A DNA stretch of 64,000 bases from an uncultured delta proteobacterium (GTDB lineage Bacteria > Desulfobacterota > Desulfobacteria > Desulfobacterales > QNYZ01). Below the pieces are notes generated by a model. The model made no database searches. It was not told the DNA's origin and saw only the letters and a program-made list of their open reading frames with translations. The DNA lies in NCBI GenBank assembly GCA_963845145.1, contig CAWJQU010000005.1:832001-896000 (forward strand). The letters are read 5' to 3'. Below, piece after piece: positions 63,075-64,000 of this stretch; within the stretch, counting starts at the first letter, position 1; the number at the start of each line of letters is the position of its first letter. The translations under genes were made by a program, and so were the position numbers.

Positions 63075-63173
63075 TGATATTTCTCCAATCTTATTTGCCT
63101 GGCCGGGCCTGGTTGGGCCAAGTTGGACCAGGTTGGGTTGAGTCAAGTACGGTCGGCCGATAGGCCAGACCGA

Positions 63174-63410
63174 TTATTTGATTTCCTCAAAAGGTTTATT
63201 TTCGCTTTTCTCGTCAACATATTTCACCCGGCCCGTGGTCGTATCAACAATCATCGCCCCCACAAATTGCCCCCGGGTCCAGGATGATATCTGATACCGA
63301 CCGTGTTGAGGGCCACTGGTCGCACCGGTTAATAATAAGGCAGCAAGAATAAAAAGAATGCCCAATAGAAAGTAAAGGCTTCGCTCGCCCCAAGGTTTTG
63401 TATCCATCAT
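63174..63410 (-). CDS. Small membrane-anchored hypothetical protein
   Basis: AGGAGA RBS, one TM, GRYQIS..IVDTTTG. Confidence 0.65.
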   Translation of the reverse strand: MMDTKPWGERSLYFLLGILFILAALLLTGATSGPQHGRYQISSWTRGQFVGAMIVDTTTGRVKYVDEKSENKPFEEIK

Positions 63411-63656
63411 TTTTCTCCTTTTCTGCTTTGATACGATTATTCACCCGCTGAACCAAATGGCGACAATCTCTGAACGGGGTATCAATTCAGCCAATTGTTT
63501 TTTAATAATTGTAAGGTGTTAATACGCGATTTCAACCATTTGAACCGAAAAACAAAGGCCACACAGCGATTGGCCGCTATCGCCTTTATCAATTGTTGAT
63601 TATCGATCAGATAGGGGATTAAGTGAATGAACGCGTAAAGAAACTTTTACCGTTTT

Positions 63657-64000
63657 TTAAGAAGTAGGGATGGGCAGGCGAATGGTAAAGGTCGTACCAC
63701 TGCCCGGCTCGCTTTCCACATGAATTGTACCATGATGCTTGTCTACGATAACAGAATAAGCAATCGCCAGTCCTTGACCGGTTCCCTTACCAACTTCCTT
63801 GGTTGTAAAAAAGGGATCAAAAATCTGCGATTTGATTTCATCCGGTATTCCCGGACCGGTATCTTTAATCGTAATCTTAATGCTGTCGTTTTCTTTTCGA
63901 GTACAAAGGGTAATCGTTCCCAAATCAGTTCTGGTTTTGTCCAATTTTTCCGAAATTGCATGAGCGGCGTTTACAATGATATTGAGGATCGCCTGGTTCA
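63657..64000 (-). CDS. Histidine kinase, C-terminal HATPase domain (5' part outside window)
   Basis: NQAILNIIVNAAHAI, DTGPGI, DPFFTTKEVGKGTGQGL, GSGTTFTIRLP. Confidence 0.9.
   Translation of the reverse strand, partial: NQAILNIIVNAAHAISEKLDKTRTDLGTITLCTRKENDSIKITIKDTGPGIPDEIKSQIFDPFFTTKEVGKGTGQGLAIAYSVIVDKHHGTIHVESEPGSGTTFTIRLPIPTS

Overview
Bacterial chromosomal window, gene content typical of an anaerobic sulfate-reducing deltaproteobacterium (Desulfobacterales-like; inferred, not proven). No rRNA, tRNA, CRISPR or transposase was recognised. Left to right: partial DUF3141 protein; a minus-strand block (hydrolase, TPR protein, VWA + MoxR ATPase, core methionine synthase, unpaired lptF); an envelope-modification region (OmpR-type two-component pair, LbtU-like porin, OMP-GT2-ArnT-LAB_N-ArnT operon); a secreted acidic protein behind a structured attenuator-like leader; a DUF6502-DUF5666 pair with a palindromic operator; selenocysteine-containing selD; an adenylate cyclase-TPR protein; lrp-dapL-lysA; a MITE-like hairpin; a non-canonical nitrate reductase operon (napD-napA-two tetraheme cytochromes-NrfC-NrfD); rnfCDGEAB ending in a CTP-riboflavin-kinase/HAD fusion; usp plus DsrEFH-like genes; an AT-rich module (kinase, REC-wHTH regulator, EB_dh heme protein, CbcL-like octaheme/cytochrome b); a damaged zraSR-like pair; htpG; a sigma28-type promoter driving a TtrS-like binding protein and a chemoreceptor; a BtuF-like protein; and a partial histidine kinase. 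Several single-base frameshifts suggest assembly errors or local decay. All family calls come from motif recognition by eye; no searches were run.
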